Program-made: the position numbers and the translations under genes
The notes under the pieces: model-generated
What the model was told of the DNA's origin: nothing
Seen by the model: the letters and a program-made list of their open reading frames with translations, nothing else
The model's database searches: none
Shown here: positions 11,901 through 27,900 of the stretch, one piece after another
How the letters are laid out: every line of letters begins with the position of its first letter
How positions within the stretch are numbered: position 1 is the first letter of the stretch
NCBI GenBank assembly: GCA_964057225.1
Contig: OZ059899.1
Location: 18,848,001-18,912,000 of the forward strand
Length of the DNA: 64,000 nucleotides
Direction: 5' to 3'
Origin: Auanema rhodensis
Lineage: Eukaryota > Animalia > Nematoda

Positions 11901-14900
11901 TCTCGGTGCATTTTCAAGCTAGCGCAAATCTGATAACACAGATCGACGCAGCTTAAAAATCCGCATCGAATGCACTATACAACATTGAGAAACGCTTAAT
12001 ACAAAAATTAGTTATGATCGTTTGAAAAATGATGCATTAGTGTATGTTGAGTTTCCATGTACACTCAACATTGCTTCCAAAAACATTTTGACAAAAATTT
12101 TTCCGAAAAATTTCAAAATAATTTTGCAAAAAGTAGATGTTTTTAGATTCCTTTTTTCAAGGCAAAGACGATGGACAATGTTATTCAACGAAAAAATTAA
12201 TTCTCCAGGGTGAAAATCGAGGATGTAAGTGTGAACTTATATCAGTTGATATCTCGGTGCATTTTTAAGCTAGCGCAAATCTGATAACACAGATCGACGC
12301 AGCGTAAAAATCCGCATCGAATGCACTATACAACATTGAGAAACGCTTAATACAAAAATTAGTTATGATCGTTTGAAAAATGATGCATTAGTGTATGTTG
12401 AGTTTCCATGTACACTCAACATTGCTTCCAAAAACATTTTGACAAAAATTTTTCCGGAAAATTTCGTAACAATTTCGCAAAAAGTAGATGTTTTTAGATT
12501 CCTTTTTCCAAGGCAAAGACGATGGACAATGTTATTCAACGAAAAAATTAATTCTCCAGGGTGAAAATCGAGGATATAAGTGTGAACTTATATCAGTTGA
12601 TATCTCGGTGCATTTTTAAGCTAGCGCAAATCTGATAACACAGATCGACGCAGCTTAAAAATCCGCATCGAATGCACTATACAACATTGAGAAACGCTTA
12701 ATACAAAAATTAGTTATGATCGTTTGAAAAATGATGCATTAGTGTATGTTGAGTTTCCATGTACACTCAACATTGCTTCCAAAAACATTTTGACAAAAAT
12801 TTTTCCGAAAAATTTCAAAATAATTTTGCAAAAAGTAGATGTTTTTAGATTCCTTTTTTCAAGGCAAAGACGATGGACAATGTTATTCAACGAAAAAATT
12901 AATTCTCCAGGGTGAAAATCGAGGATGTAAGTGTGAACTTATATCAGTTGATATCTCGGTGCATTTTTAAGCTAGCGCAAATCTGATAACACAGATCGAC
13001 GCAGCGTAAAAATCCGCATCGAATGCACTATACAACATTGAGAAACGCTTAATACAAAAATTAGTTATGATCGTTTGAAAAATGATGCATTAGTGTATGT
13101 TGAGTTTCCATGTACACTCAACATTGCTTCCAAAAACATTTTGACAAAAATTTTTCCGGAAAATTTCGAAACAATTTCGCAAAAAGTAGATGTTTTTAGA
13201 TTCCTTTTTCCAAGGCAAAGACGATGGACAATGTTATTCAACGAAAAAATTAATTCTCCAGGGTGAAAATCGAGGATATAAGTGTGAACTTATATCAGTT
13301 GATATCTCGGTGCATTTTTAAGCTAGCGCAAATCTGATAACACAGATCGACGCAGCTTAAAAATCCGCATCGAATGCACTATACAACATTGAGAAACGCT
13401 TAATACAAAAATTAGTTATGATCGTTTGAAAAATGATGCATTAGTGTATGTTGAGTTTCCATGTACACTCAACATTGCTTCCAAAAACATTTTGACAAAA
13501 ATTTTTCCGAAAAATTTCAAAATAATTTTGCAAAAAGTAGATGTTTTTAGATTCCTTTTTTCAAGGCAAAGACGATGGACAATGTTATTCAACGAAAAAA
13601 TTAATTCTCCAGGGTGAAAATCGAGGATGTAAGTGTGAACTTATATCAGTTGATATCTCGGTGCATTTTTAAGCTAGCGCAAATCTGATAACACAGATCG
13701 ACGCAGCGTAAAAATCCGCATCGAATGCACTATACAACATTGAGAAACGCTTAATACAAAAATTAGTTATGATCGTTTGAAAAATGATGCATTAGTGTAT
13801 GTTGAGTTTCCATGTACACTCAACATTGCTTCCAAAAACATTTTGACAAAAATTTTTCCGGAAAATTTCGAAACAATTTCGCAAAAAGTAGATGTTTTTA
13901 GATTCCTTTTTCCAAGGCAAAGACGATGGACAATGTTATTCAACGAAAAAATTAATTCTCCATGGTGAAAATCGAGGATGCAAGTGTGAACTTATATCAG
14001 TTGATATCTCGGTGCATTTTCAAGCTAGCGCAAATCTGATAACACAGATCGACGCAGCTTAAAAATCCGCATCGAATGCACTATACAACATTGAGAAACG
14101 CTTAATACAAAAATTAGTTATGATCGTTTGAAAAATGATGCATTAGTGTATGTTGAGTTTCCATGTACACTCAACATTGCTTCCAAAAACATTTTTACAA
14201 AAATTTTTCCGGAAAATTTCGAAACAATTTTGCAAAAAGTAGATGTTTTTAGATTCCTTTTTCCAAGGCAAAGACGATGGACTATGTTATTCAACGAAAA
14301 AATTAATTCTGCAGGGTGAAAATCGAGGATATAAGTGTGAACTTATATCAGTTGATATCTCGGTGCATTTTTAAGCTAGCGCAAATCTGATAACACAGAT
14401 CGACGCAGCTTAAAAATCCGCATCGAATGCACTATACAACATTGAGAAACGCTTAATACAAAAATTAGTTATGATCGTTTGAAAAATGATGCATTAGTGT
14501 ATGTTGAGTTTCCATGTACACTCAACATTGCTTCCAAAAACATTTTGACAAAAATTTTTCCGAAAAATTTCAAAATAATTTTGCAAAAAGTAGATGTTTT
14601 TAGATTCCTTTTTTCAAGGCAAAGACGATGGACAATGTTATTCAACGAAAAAATTAATTCTCCAGGGTGAAAATCGAGGATGTAAGTGTGAACTTATATC
14701 AGTTGATATCTCGGTGCATTTTTAAGCTAGCGCAAATCTGATAACACAGATCGACGCAGCGTAAAAATCCGCATCGAATGCACTATACAACATTGAGAAA
14801 CGCTTAATACAAAAATTAGTTATGATCGTTTGAAAAATGATGCATTAGTGTATGTTGAGTTTCCATGTACACTCAACATTGCTTCCAAAAACATTTTTAC

Positions 14901-17199
14901 AAAAATTTTTCCGGAAAATTTCGAAACAATTTTGCAAAAAGTAGATGTTTTTAGATTCCTTTTTCCAAGGCAGAGACGATGGACAATGTTATTCAACGAA
15001 AAAATTAATTCTGCAGGGTGAAAATCGAGGATATAAGTGTGAACTTATATCAGTTGATATCTCGGTGCATTTTTAAGCTAGCGCAAATCTGATAACACAG
15101 ATCGACGCAGCTTAAAAATCCGCATCGAATGCACTATACAACATTGAGAAACGCTTAATACAAAAATTAGTTATGATCGTTTGAAAAATGATGCATTAGT
15201 GTATGTTGAGTTTCCATGTACACTCAACATTGCTTCCAAAAACATTTTGACAAAAATTTTTCCGAAAAATTTCAAAATAATTTTGCAAAAAGTAGATGTT
15301 TTTAGATTCCTTTTTTCAAGGCAAAGACGATGGACAATGTTATTCAACGAAAAAATTAATTCTCCAGGGTGAAAATCGAGGATGTAAGTGTGAACTTATA
15401 TCAGTTGATATCTCGGTGCATTTTTAAGCTAGCGCAAATCTGATAACACAGATCGACGCAGCGTAAAAATCCGCATCGAATGCACTATACAACATTGAGA
15501 AACGCTTAATACAAAAATTAGTTATGATCGTTTGAAAAATGATGCATTAGTGTATGTTGAGTTTCCATGTACACTCAACATTGCTTCCAAAAACATTTTT
15601 ACAAAAATTTTTCCGAAAAATTTCGAAACAATTTCGCAAAAAGTAGATGTTTTTAGATTCCTTTTCTCAAGGCAAAGACGATGGACATTGTTATTCAACG
15701 AAAAAATTAATTCTGCAGGGTGAAAATCGAGGATATAAGTGTGAACTTATATCAGTTGATATCTCGGTGCATTTTTAAGCTAGCGCAAATCTGATAACAC
15801 AGATCGACGCAGCTTAAAAATCCGCATCGAATGCACTATACAACATTGAGAAACGCTTAATACAAAAATTAGTTATGATCGTTTGAAAAATGATGCATTA
15901 GTGTATGTTGAGTTTCCATGTACACTCAACATTGCTTCCAAAAACATTTTGACAAAAATTTTTCCGAAAAATTTCAAAATAATTTCGCAAAAAGTAGATG
16001 TTTTTAAATTCCTTTTTTCAAGGCAAAAACGATGGACAATGTTATTCAACGAAAAAATTAATTCTCCAGGGTGAAAATCGAGGATGTAAGTGTGAACTTT
16101 TATCAGTTGATATCTCGGTGCATTTTTAAGCTAGCGCAAATCTGATAACACAGATCGACGCAGCGTAAAAATCCGCATCGAATGCACTATACAACATTGA
16201 GAAACGCTTAATACAAAAATTAGTTATGATCGTTTGAAAAATGATGCATTAGTGCATGTTGAGTTTCCATGTACACTCAACATTGCTTCCAAAAACATTT
16301 TTACAAAAATTTTTCCGAAAAATTTCGAAACAATTTCGCAAAAAGTAGATGTTTTTAGATTCCTTTTTTCAAGGCAAAGACGATGGACATTGTTATTCAA
16401 CGAAAAAATTAATTCTGCAGGGTGAAAATCGAGGATATAAGTGTGAACTTATATCAGTTGATATCTCGGTGCATTTTTAAGCTAGCGCAAATCTGATAAC
16501 ACAGATCGACGCAGCTTAAAAATCCGCATCGAATGCACTATACAACATTGAGAAACGCTTAATACAAAAATTAGTTATGATCGTTTGAAAAATGATGCAT
16601 TAGTGTATGTTGAGTTTCCATGTACACTCAACATTGCTTCCAAAAACATTTTGACAAAAATTTTTCCGAAAAATTTCAAAATAATTTCGCAAAAAGTAGA
16701 TGTTTTTAAATTCCTTTTTTCAAGGCAAAAACGATGGACAATGTTATTCAACGAAAAAATTAATTCTGCAGGGTGAAAATCGAGGATATAAGTGTGAACT
16801 TATATCAGTTGATATCTCGGTGCATTTTTAAGCTAGCGCAAATCTGATAACACAGATCGACGCAGCGTAAAAATCCGCATCGAATGCACTATACAACATT
16901 GAGAAACGCTTAATACAAAAATTAGTTATGATCGTTTGAAAAATGATGCATTAGTGTATGTTGAGTTTCCATGTACACTCAACATTGCTTCCAAAAACAT
17001 TTTTACAAAAATTTTTCCGAAAAATTTCGAAACAATTTCGCAAAAAGTAGATGTTTTTAGATTCCTTTTTTCAAGGCAAAGACGATGGACATTGTTATTC
17101 AACGAAAAAATTAATTCTGCAGGGTGAAAATCGAGGATATAAGTGTGAACTTATATCAGTTGATATCTCGGTGCATTTTTAAGCTAGCGCAAATCTGAT

Positions 17200-20100
17200 A
17201 ACACAGATCGACGCAGCTTAAAAATCCGCATCGAATGCACTATACAACATTGAGAAACGCTTAATACAAAAATTAGTTATGATCGTTTGAAAAATGATGC
17301 ATTAGTGTATGTTGAGTTTCCATGTACACTCAACATTGCTTCCAAAAACATTTTGACAAAAATTTTTCCGAAAAATTTCAAAATAATTTCGCAAAAAGTA
17401 GATGTTTTTAAATTCCTTTTTTCAAGGCAAAAACGATGGACAATGTTATTCAACGAAAAAATTAATTCTCCAGGGTGAAAATCGAGGATGTAAGTGTGAA
17501 CTTTTATCAGTTGATATCTCGGTGCATTTTTAAGCTAGCGCAAATCTGATAACACAGATCGACGCAGCGTAAAAATCCGCATCGAATGCACTATACAACA
17601 TTGAGAAACGCTTAATACAAAAATTAGTTATGATCGTTTGAAAAATGATGCATTAGTGTATGTTGAGTTTCCATGTACACTCAACATTGCTTCCAAAAAC
17701 ATTTTTACAAAAATTTTTCCGGAAAATTTCGAAACAATTTTGCAAAAAGTAGATGTTTTTAGATTCCTTTTTCCAAGACAAAGACGATGGACAATGTTAT
17801 TCAACGAAAAAATTAATTCTGCAGGGTGAAAATCGAGGATATAAGTGTGAACTTATATCAGTTGATATCTCGGTGCATTTTTAAGCTAGCGCAAATCTGA
17901 TAACACAGATCGACGCAGCTTAAAAATCCGCATCGAATGCACTATACAACATTGAGAAACGCTTAATACAAAAATTAGTTATGATCGTTTGAAAAATGAT
18001 GCATTAGTGTATGTTGAGTTTCCATGTACACTCAACATTGCTTCCAAAAACATTTTGACAAAAATTTTTCCGAAAAATTTCAAAATAATTTTGCAAAAAG
18101 TAGATGTTTTTAGATTCCTTTTTTCAAGGCAAAGACGATGGACAATGTTATTCAACGAAAAAATTAATTCTCCAGGGTGAAAATCGAGGATGTAAGTGTG
18201 AACTTATATCAGTTGATATCTCGGTGCATTTTTAAGCTAGCGCAAATCTGATAACACAGATCGACGCAGCGTAAAAATCCGCATCGAATGCACTATACAA
18301 CATTGAGAAACGCTTAATACAAAAATTAGTTATGATCGTTTGAAAAATGATGCATTAGTGTATGTTGAGTTTCCATGTACACTCAACATTGCTTCCAAAA
18401 ACATTTTTACAAAAATTTTTCCGAAAAATTTCGAAACAATTTCGCAAAAAGTAGATGTTTTTAGATTCCTTTTTTCAAGGCAAAGACGATGGACATTGTT
18501 ATTCAACGAAAAAATTAATTCTGCAGGGTGAAAATCGAGGATATAAGTGTGAACTTATATCAGTTGATATCTCGGTGCATTTTTAAGCTAGCGCAAATCT
18601 GATAACACAGATCGACGCAGCTTAAAAATCCGCATCGAATGCACTATACAACATTGAGAAACGCTTAATACAAAAATTAGTTATGATCGTTTGAAAAATG
18701 ATGCATTAGTGTATGTTGAGTTTCCATGTACACTCAACATTGCTTCCAAAAACATTTTGACAAAAATTTTTCCGAAAAATTTCAAAATAATTTCGCAAAA
18801 AGTAGATGTTTTTAAATTCCTTTTTTCAAGGCAAAAACGATGGACAATGTTATTCAACGAAAAAATTAATTCTCCAGGGTGAAAATCGAGGATGTAAGTG
18901 TGAACTTTTATCAGTTGATATCTCGGTGCATTTTTAAGCTAGCGCAAATCTGATAACACAGATCGACGCAGCGTAAAAATCCGCATCGAATGCACTATAC
19001 AACATTGAGAAACGCTTAATACAAAAATTAGTTATGATCGTTTGAAAAATGATGCATTAGTGTATGTTGAGTTTCCATGTACACTCAACATTGCTTCCAA
19101 AAACATTTTTACAAAAATTTTTCCGGAAAATTTCAAAATAATTTTGCAAAAAGTAGATGTTTTCAGATTCCTTTTTTCAAGGCAAAGACGATGGACAATG
19201 TTATTCAACGAAAAAATTAATTCTCCAGGGTGAAAATCGAGGATGTAAGTGTGAACTTATATCAGTTGATATCTCGGTGCATTTTTAAGCTAGCGCAAAT
19301 CTGATAACACAGATCGACGCAGCGTAAAAATCCGCATCGAACGCACTATACAACATTGAGAAACGCTTAATACAAAAATTAGTTATGATCGTTTGAAAAA
19401 TGATGCATTAGTGTATGTTGAGTTTCCATGTACACTCAACATTGCTTCCAAAAACATTTTGACAAAAATTTTTCCGAAAAATTTCAAAATAATTTCGCAA
19501 AAAGTAGATGTTTTTAAATTCCTTTTTTCAAGGCAAAAACGATGGACAATGTTATTCAACGAAAAAATTAATTCTCCAGGGTGAAAATCGAGGATGTAAG
19601 TGTGAACTTTTATCAGTTGATATCTCGGTGCATTTTTAAGCTAGCGCAAATCTGATAACACAGATCGACGCAGCGTAAAAATCCGCATCGAATGCACTAT
19701 ACAACATTGAGAAACGCTTAATACAAAAATTAGTTATGATCGTTTGAAAAATGATGCATTAGTGTATGTTGAGTTTCCATGTACACTCAACATTGCTTCC
19801 AAAAACATTTTGACAAAAATTTTTCCGGAAAATTTCAAAATAATTTTGCAAAAAGTAGATGTTTTTAGATTCCTTTTTTCAAGGCAAAGACGATGGACAA
19901 TGTTATTCAACGAAAAAATTAATTCTCCAGGGTGAAAATCGAGGATGTAAGTGTGAACTTATATCAGTTGATATCTCGGTGCATTTTTAAGCTAGCGCAA
20001 ATCTGATAACACAGATCGACGCAGCGTAAAAATCCGCATCGAATGCACTATACAACATTGAGAAACGCTTAATACAAAAATTAGTTATGATCGTTTGAAA

Positions 20101-23100
20101 AATGATGCATTAGTGTATGTTGAGTTTCCATGTACACTCAACATTGCTTCCAAAAACATTTTTACAAAAATTTTTCCGAAAAATTTCGAAACAATTTCGC
20201 AAAAAGTAGATGTTTTTAGATTCCTTTTTTCAAGTCAAAGACGATGGACATTGTTATTCAACGAAAAAATTAATTCTGCAGGGTGAAAATCGAGGATATA
20301 AGTGTGAACTTATATCAGTTGATATCTCGGTGCATTTTTAAGCTAGCGCAAATCTGATAACACAGATCGACGCAGCTTAAAAATCCGCATCGAATGCACT
20401 ATACAACATTGAGAAACGCTTAATACAAAAATTAGTTATGATCGTTTGAAAAATGATGCATTAGTGTATGTTGAGTTTCCATGTACACTCAACATTGCTT
20501 CCAAAAACATTTTTACAAAAATTTTTCCGAAAAATTTCGAAACAATTTCGCAAAAAGTAGATGTTTTTAGATTCCTTTTTTCAAGGCAAAGACGATGGAC
20601 ATTGTTATTCAACGAAAAAATTAATTCTGCAGGGTGAAAATCGAGGATATAAGTGTGAACTTATATCAGTTGATATCTCGGTGCATTTTTAAGCTAGCGC
20701 AAATCTGATAACACAGATCGACGCAGCTTAAAAATCCGCATCGAATGCACTATACAACATTGAGAAACGCTTAATACAAAAATTAGTTATGATCGTTTGA
20801 AAAATGATGCATTAGTGTATGTTGAGTTTCCATGTACACTCAACATTGCTTCCAAAAACTTTTTGACAAAAATTTTTCCGAAAAATTTCAAAATAATTTC
20901 GCAAAAAGTAGATGTTTTTAAATTCCTTTTTTCAAGGCAAAAACGATGGACAATGTTATTCAACGAAAAAATTAATTCTCCAGGGTGAAAATCGAGGATG
21001 TAAGTGTGAACATATATCAGTTGATATCTCGGTGCATTTTTAAGCTAGCGCAAATCTGATAACACAGATCGACGCAGCTTAAAAATCCGCATCGAATGCA
21101 CTATACAACATTGAGAAACGCTTAATACAAAAATTAGTTATGATCGTTTGAAAAATGATGCATTAGTGTATGTTGAGTTTCCATGTACACTCAACATTGC
21201 TTCCAAAAACATTTTGACAAAAATTTTTCCGAAAAATTTCAAAATAATTTCGCAAAAAGTAGATGTTTTTAAATTCCTTTTTTCAAGGCAAAAACGATGG
21301 ACAATGTTATTCAACGAAAAAATTAATTCTCCAGGGTGAAAATCGAGGATGTAAGTGTGAACTTTTATCAGTTGATATCACGGTGCATTTTTAAGCTAGC
21401 GCAAATCTGATAACACAGATCGACGCAGCGTAAAAATCCGCATCGAATGCACTATACAACATTGAGAAACGCTTAATACAAAAATTAGTTATGATCGTTT
21501 GAAAAATGATGCATTAGTGTATGTTGAGTTTCCATGTACACTCAACATTGCTTCCAAAAACATTTTTACAAAAATTTTTCCGGAAAATTTCGAAACAATT
21601 TTGCAAAAAGTAGATGTTTTTAGATTCCTTTTTCCAAGGCAAAGACGATGGACAATGTTATTCAACGAAAAAATTAATTCTGCAGGGTGAAAATCGAGGA
21701 TATAAGTGTGAACTTATATCAGTTGATATCTCGGTGCATTTTTAAGCTAGCGCAAATCTGATAACACAGATCGACGCAGCTTAAAAATCCGCATCGAATG
21801 CACTATACAACATTGAGAAACGCTTAATACAAAAATTAGTTATGATCGTTTGAAAAATGATGCATTAGTGTATGTTGAGTTTCCATGTACACTCAACATT
21901 GCTTCCAAAAACATTTTGACAAAAATTTTTCCGAAAAATTTCAAAATAATTTTGCAAAAAGTAGATGTTTTTAGATTCCTTTTTTCAAGGCAAAGACGAT
22001 GGACAATGTTATTCAACGAAAAAATTAATTCTCCAGGGTGAAAATCGAGGATGTAAGTGTGAACTTATATCAGTTGATATCTCGGTGCATTTTTAAGCTA
22101 GCGCAAATCTGATAACACAGATCGACGCAGCGTAAAAATCCGCATCGAATGCACTATACAACATTGAGAAACGCTTAATACAAAAATTAGTTATGATCGT
22201 TTGAAAAATGATGCATTAGTGTATGTTGAGTTTCCATGTACACTCAACATTGCTTCCAAAAACATTTTTACAAAAATTTTTCCGAAAAATTTCGAAACAA
22301 TTTCGCAAAAAGTAGATGTTTTTAGATTCCTTTTTTCAAGGCAAAGACGATGGACATTGTTATTCAACGAAAAAATTAATTCTGCAGGGTGAAAATCGAG
22401 GATATAAGTGTGAACTTATATCAGTTGATATCTCGGTGCATTTTTAAGCTAGCGCAAATCTGATAACACAGATCGACGCAGCTTAAAAATCCGCATCAAA
22501 TGCACTATACAACATTGAGAAACGCTTAATACAAAAATTAGTTATGATCGTTTGAAAAATGATGCATTAGTGTATGTTGAGTTTCCATGTACACTCAACA
22601 TTGCTTCCAAAAACATTTTGACAAAAATTTTTCCGAAAAATTTCAAAATAATTTCGCAAAAAGTAGATGTTTTTAAATTCCTTCTTTCAAGGCAAAAACG
22701 ATGGACAATGTTATTCAACGAAAAAATTAATTCTCCAGGGTGAAAATCGAGGATGTAAGTGTGAACTTTTATCAGTTGATATCTCGGTGCATTTTTAAGC
22801 TAGCGCAAATCTGATAACACAGATCGACGCAGCGTAAAAATCCGCATCGAATGCACTATACAACATTGAGAAACGCTTAATACAAAAATTAGTTATGATC
22901 GTTTGAAAAATGATGCATTAGTGTATGTTGAGTTTCCATGTACACTCAACATTGCTTCCAAAAACATTTTTACAAAAATTTTTCCGGAAAATTTCAAAAT
23001 AATTTTGCAAAAAGTAGATGTTTTCAGATTCCTTTTTTCAAGGCAAAGACGATGGACAATGTTATTCAACGAAAAAATTAATTCTCCAGGGTGAAAATCG

Positions 23101-24921
23101 AGGATGTAAGTGTGAACTTATATCAGTTGATATCTCGGTGCATTTTTAAGCTAGCGCAAATCTGATAACACAGATCGACGCAGCGTAAAAATCCGCATCG
23201 AACGCACTATACAACATTGAGAAACGCTTAATACAAAAATTAGTTATGATCGTTTGAAAAATGATGCATTAGTGTATGTTGAGTTTCCATGTACACTCAA
23301 CATTGCTTCCAAAAACATTTTGACAAAAATTTTTCCGAAAAATTTCAAAATAATTTCGCAAAAAGTAGATGTTTTTAAATTCCTTTTTTCAAGGCAAAAA
23401 CGATGGACAATGTTATTCAACGAAAAAATTAATTCTCCAGGGTGAAAATCGAGGATGTAAGTGTGAACTTTTATCAGTTGATATCTCGGTGCATTTTTAA
23501 GCTAGCGCAAATCTGATAACACAGATCGACGCAGCGTAAAAATCCGCATCGAATGCACTATACAACATTGAGAAACGCTTACTACAAAAATTAGTTATGA
23601 TCGTTTGAAAAATGATGCATTAGTGTATGTTGAGTTTCCATGTACACTCAACATTGCTTCCAAAAACATTTTGACAAAAATTTTTCCGGAAAATTTCAAA
23701 ATAATTTTGCAAAAAGTAGATGTTTTTAGATTCCTTTTTTCAAGGCAAAGACGATGGACAATGTTATTCAACGAAAAAATTAATTCTCCAGGGTGAAAAT
23801 CGAGGATGTAAGTGTGAACTTATATCAGTTGATATCTCGGTGCATTTTTAAGCTAGCGCAAATCTGATAACACAGATCGACGCAGCGTAAAAATCCGCAT
23901 CGAATGCACTATACAACATTGAGAAACGCTTAATACAAAAATTAGTTATGATCGTTTGAAAAATGATGCATTAGTGTATGTTGAGTTTCCATGTACACTC
24001 AACATTGCTTCCAAAAACATTTTTACAAAAATTTTTCCGAAAAATTTCGAAACAATTTCGCAAAAAGTAGATGTTTTTAGATTCCTTTTTTCAAGTCAAA
24101 GACGATGGACATTGTTATTCAACGAAAAAATTAATTCTGCAGGGTGAAAATCGAGGATATAAGTGTGAACTTATATCAGTTGATATCTCGGTGCATTTTT
24201 AAGCTAGCGCAAATCTGATAACACAGATCGACGCAGCTTAAAAATCCGCATCGAATGCACTATACAACATTGAGAAACGCTTAATACAAAAATTAGTTAT
24301 GATCGTTTGAAAAATGATGCATTAGTGTATGTTGAGTTTCCATGTACACTCAACATTGCTTCCAAAAACATTTTTACAAAAATTTTTCCGAAAAATTTCG
24401 AAACAATTTCGCAAAAAGTAGATGTTTTTAGATTCCTTTTTTCAAGGCAAAGACGATGGACATTGTTATTCAACGAAAAAATTAATTCTGCAGGGTGAAA
24501 ATCGAGGATATAAGTGTGAACTTATATCAGTTGATATCTCGGTGCATTTTTAAGCTAGCGCAAATCTGATAACACAGATCGACGCAGCTTAAAAATCCGC
24601 ATCGAATGCACTATACAACATTGAGAAACGCTTAATACAAAAATTAGTTATGATCGTTTGAAAAATGATGCATTAGTGTATGTTGAGTTTCCATGTACAC
24701 TCAACATTGCTTCCAAAAACTTTTTGACAAAAATTTTTCCGAAAAATTTCAAAATAATTCCGCAAAAAGTAGATGTTTTTAAATTCCTTTTTTCAAGGCA
24801 AAAACGATGGACAATGTTATTCAACGAAAAAATTAATTCTCCAGGGTGAAAATCGAGGATGTAAGTGTGAACTTATATCAGTTGATATCTCGGTGCATTT
24901 TTAAGCTAGCGCAAATCTGAT
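17200..24921. repeat. 11-monomer (3861 bp) tandem duplication, monomers 50-60 / 61-71
   Basis: Same order of 11 haplotypes in the ORF track; rare markers 37C at 19342/23203 and 228T at 20235/24096. Confidence 0.9.
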
Positions 24922-27900
24922 AACACAGATCGACGCAGCTTAAAAATCCGCATCGAATGCACTATACAACATTGAGAAACGCTTAATACAAAAATTAGTT
25001 ATGATCGTTTGAAAAATGATGCATTAGTGTATGTTGAGTTTCCATGTACACTCAACATTGCTTCCAAAAACATTTTGACAAAAATTTTTCCGGAAAATTT
25101 CGAAACAATTTTGCAAAAAGTAGATGTTTTTAGATTCCTTTTTTCAAGGCAAAGACGATGGACAATGTTATTCAACGAAAAAATTAATTCTGCAGGGTGA
25201 AAATCGAGGATATAAGTGTGAACTTATATCAGTTGATATCTCGGTGCATTTTTAAGCTAGCGCAAATCTGATAACACAGATCGACGCAGCTTAAAAATCC
25301 GCATCGAATGCACTATACAACATTGAGAAACGCTTAATACAAAAATTAGTTATGATCGTTTGAAAAATGATGCATTAGTGTATGTTGAGTTTCCATGTAC
25401 ACTCAACATTGCTTCCAAAAACATTTTTACAAAAATTTTTCCGAAAAATTTCGAAACAATTTCGCAAAAAGTAGATGTTTTTAAATTCCTTTTTTCAAGG
25501 CAAAAACGATGGACAATGTTATTCAACGAAAAAATTAATTCTCCAGGGTGAAAATCGAGGATGTAAGTGTGAACTTATATCAGTTGATATCTCGGTGCAT
25601 TTTTAAGCTAGCGCAAATCTGATAACACAGATCGACGCAGCTTAAAAATCCGCATCGAATGCACTATACAACATTGAGAAACGCTTAATACAAAAATTAG
25701 TTATGATCGTTTGAAAAATGATGCATTAGTGTATGTTGAGTTTCCATGTACACTCAACATTGCTTCCAAAAACATTTTGACAAAAATTTTTCCGGAAAAT
25801 TTCGAAACAATTTTGCAAAAAGTAGATGTTTTTAGATTCCTTTTTTCAAGGCAAAGACGATGGACATTGTTATTCAACGAAAAAATTAATTCTGCAGGGT
25901 GAAAATCGAGGATATAAGTGTGAACTTATATCAGTTGATATCTCGGTGCATTTTTAAGCTAGCGCAAATCTGATAACACAGATCGACGCAGCTTAAAAAT
26001 CCGCATCGAATGCACTATACAACATTGAGAAACGCTTAATACAAAAATTAGTTATGATCGTTTGAAAAATGATGCATTAGTGTATGTTGAGTTTCCATGT
26101 ACACTCAACATTGCTTCCAAAAACTTTTTGACAAAAATTTTTCCGAAAAATTTCAAAATAATTTCGCAAAAAGTAGATGTTTTTAAATTCCTTTTTTCAA
26201 GGCAAAAACGATGGACAATGTTATTCAACGAAAAAATTAATTCTCCAGGGTGAAAATCGAGGATGTAAGTGTGAACTTATATCAGTTGATATCTCGGTGC
26301 ATTTTTAAGCTAGCGCAAATCTGATAACACAGATCGACGCAGCTTAAAAATCCGCATCGAATGCACTATACAACATTGAGAAACGCTTAATACAAAAATT
26401 AGTTATGATCGTTTGAAAAATGATGCATTAGTGTATGTTGAGTTTCCATGTACACTCAACATTGCTTCCAAAAACATTTTGACAAAAATTTTTCCGGAAA
26501 ATTTCGAAACAATTTTGCAAAAAGTAGATGTTTTTAGATTCCTTTTTTCAAGGCAAAGACGATGGACAATGTTATTCAACGAAAAAATTAATTCTGCAGG
26601 GTGAAAATCGAGGATATAAGTGTGAACTTATATCAGTTGATATCTCGGTGCATTTTTAAGCTAGCGCAAATCTGATAACACAGATCGACGCAGCTTAAAA
26701 ATCCGCATCGAATGCACTATACAACATTGAGAAACGCTTAATACAAAAATTAGTTATGATCGTTTGAAAAATGATGCATTAGTGTATGTTGAGTTTCCAT
26801 GTACACTCAACATTGCTTCCAAAAACATTTTTACAAAAATTTTTCCGAAAAATTTCGAAACAATTTCGCAAAAAGTAGATGTTTTTAAATTCCTTTTTTC
26901 AAGGCAAAAACGATGGACAATGTTATTCAACGAAAAAATTAATTCTCCAGGGTGAAAATCGAGGATGTAAGTGTGAACTTATATCAGTTGATATCTCGGT
27001 GCATTTTTAAGCTAGCGCAAATCTGATAACACAGATCGACGCAGCTTAAAAATCCGCATCGAATGCACTATACAACATTGAGAAACGCTTAATACAAAAA
27101 TTAGTTATGATCGTTTGAAAAATGATGCATTAGTGTATGTTGAGTTTCCATGTACACTCAACATTGCTTCCAAAAACATTTTGACAAAAATTTTTCCGGA
27201 AAATTTCAAAATAATTTTGCAAAAAGTAGATGTTTTCAGATTCCTTTTTTCAAGGCAAAGACGATGGACAATGTTATTCAACGAAAAAATTAATTCTCCA
27301 GGGTGAAAATCGAGGATGTAAGTGTGAACTTATATCAGTTGATATCTCGGTGCATTTTTAAGCTAGCGCAAATCTGATAACACAGATCGACGCAGCGTAA
27401 AAATCCGCATCGAACGCACTATACAACATTGAGAAACGCTTAATACAAAAATTAGTTATGATCGTTTGAAAAATGATGCATTAGTGTATGTTGAGTTTCC
27501 ATGTACACTCAACATTGCTTCCAAAAACATTTTGACAAAAATTTTTCCGAAAAATTTCAAAATAATTTCGCAAAAAGTAGATGTTTTTAAATTCCTTTTT
27601 TCAAGGCAAAAACGATGGACAATGTTATTCAACGAAAAAATTAATTCTCCAGGGTGAAAATCGAGGATGTAAGTGTGAACTTTTATCAGTTGATATCTCG
27701 GTGCATTTTTAAGCTAGCGCAAATCTGATAACACAGATCGACGCAGCGTAAAAATCCGCATCGAATGCACTATACAACATTGAGAAACGCTTAATACAAA
27801 AATTAGTTATGATCGTTTGAAAAATGATGCATTAGTGTATGTTGAGTTTCCATGTACACTCAACATTGCTTCCAAAAACATTTTGACAAAAATTTTTCCG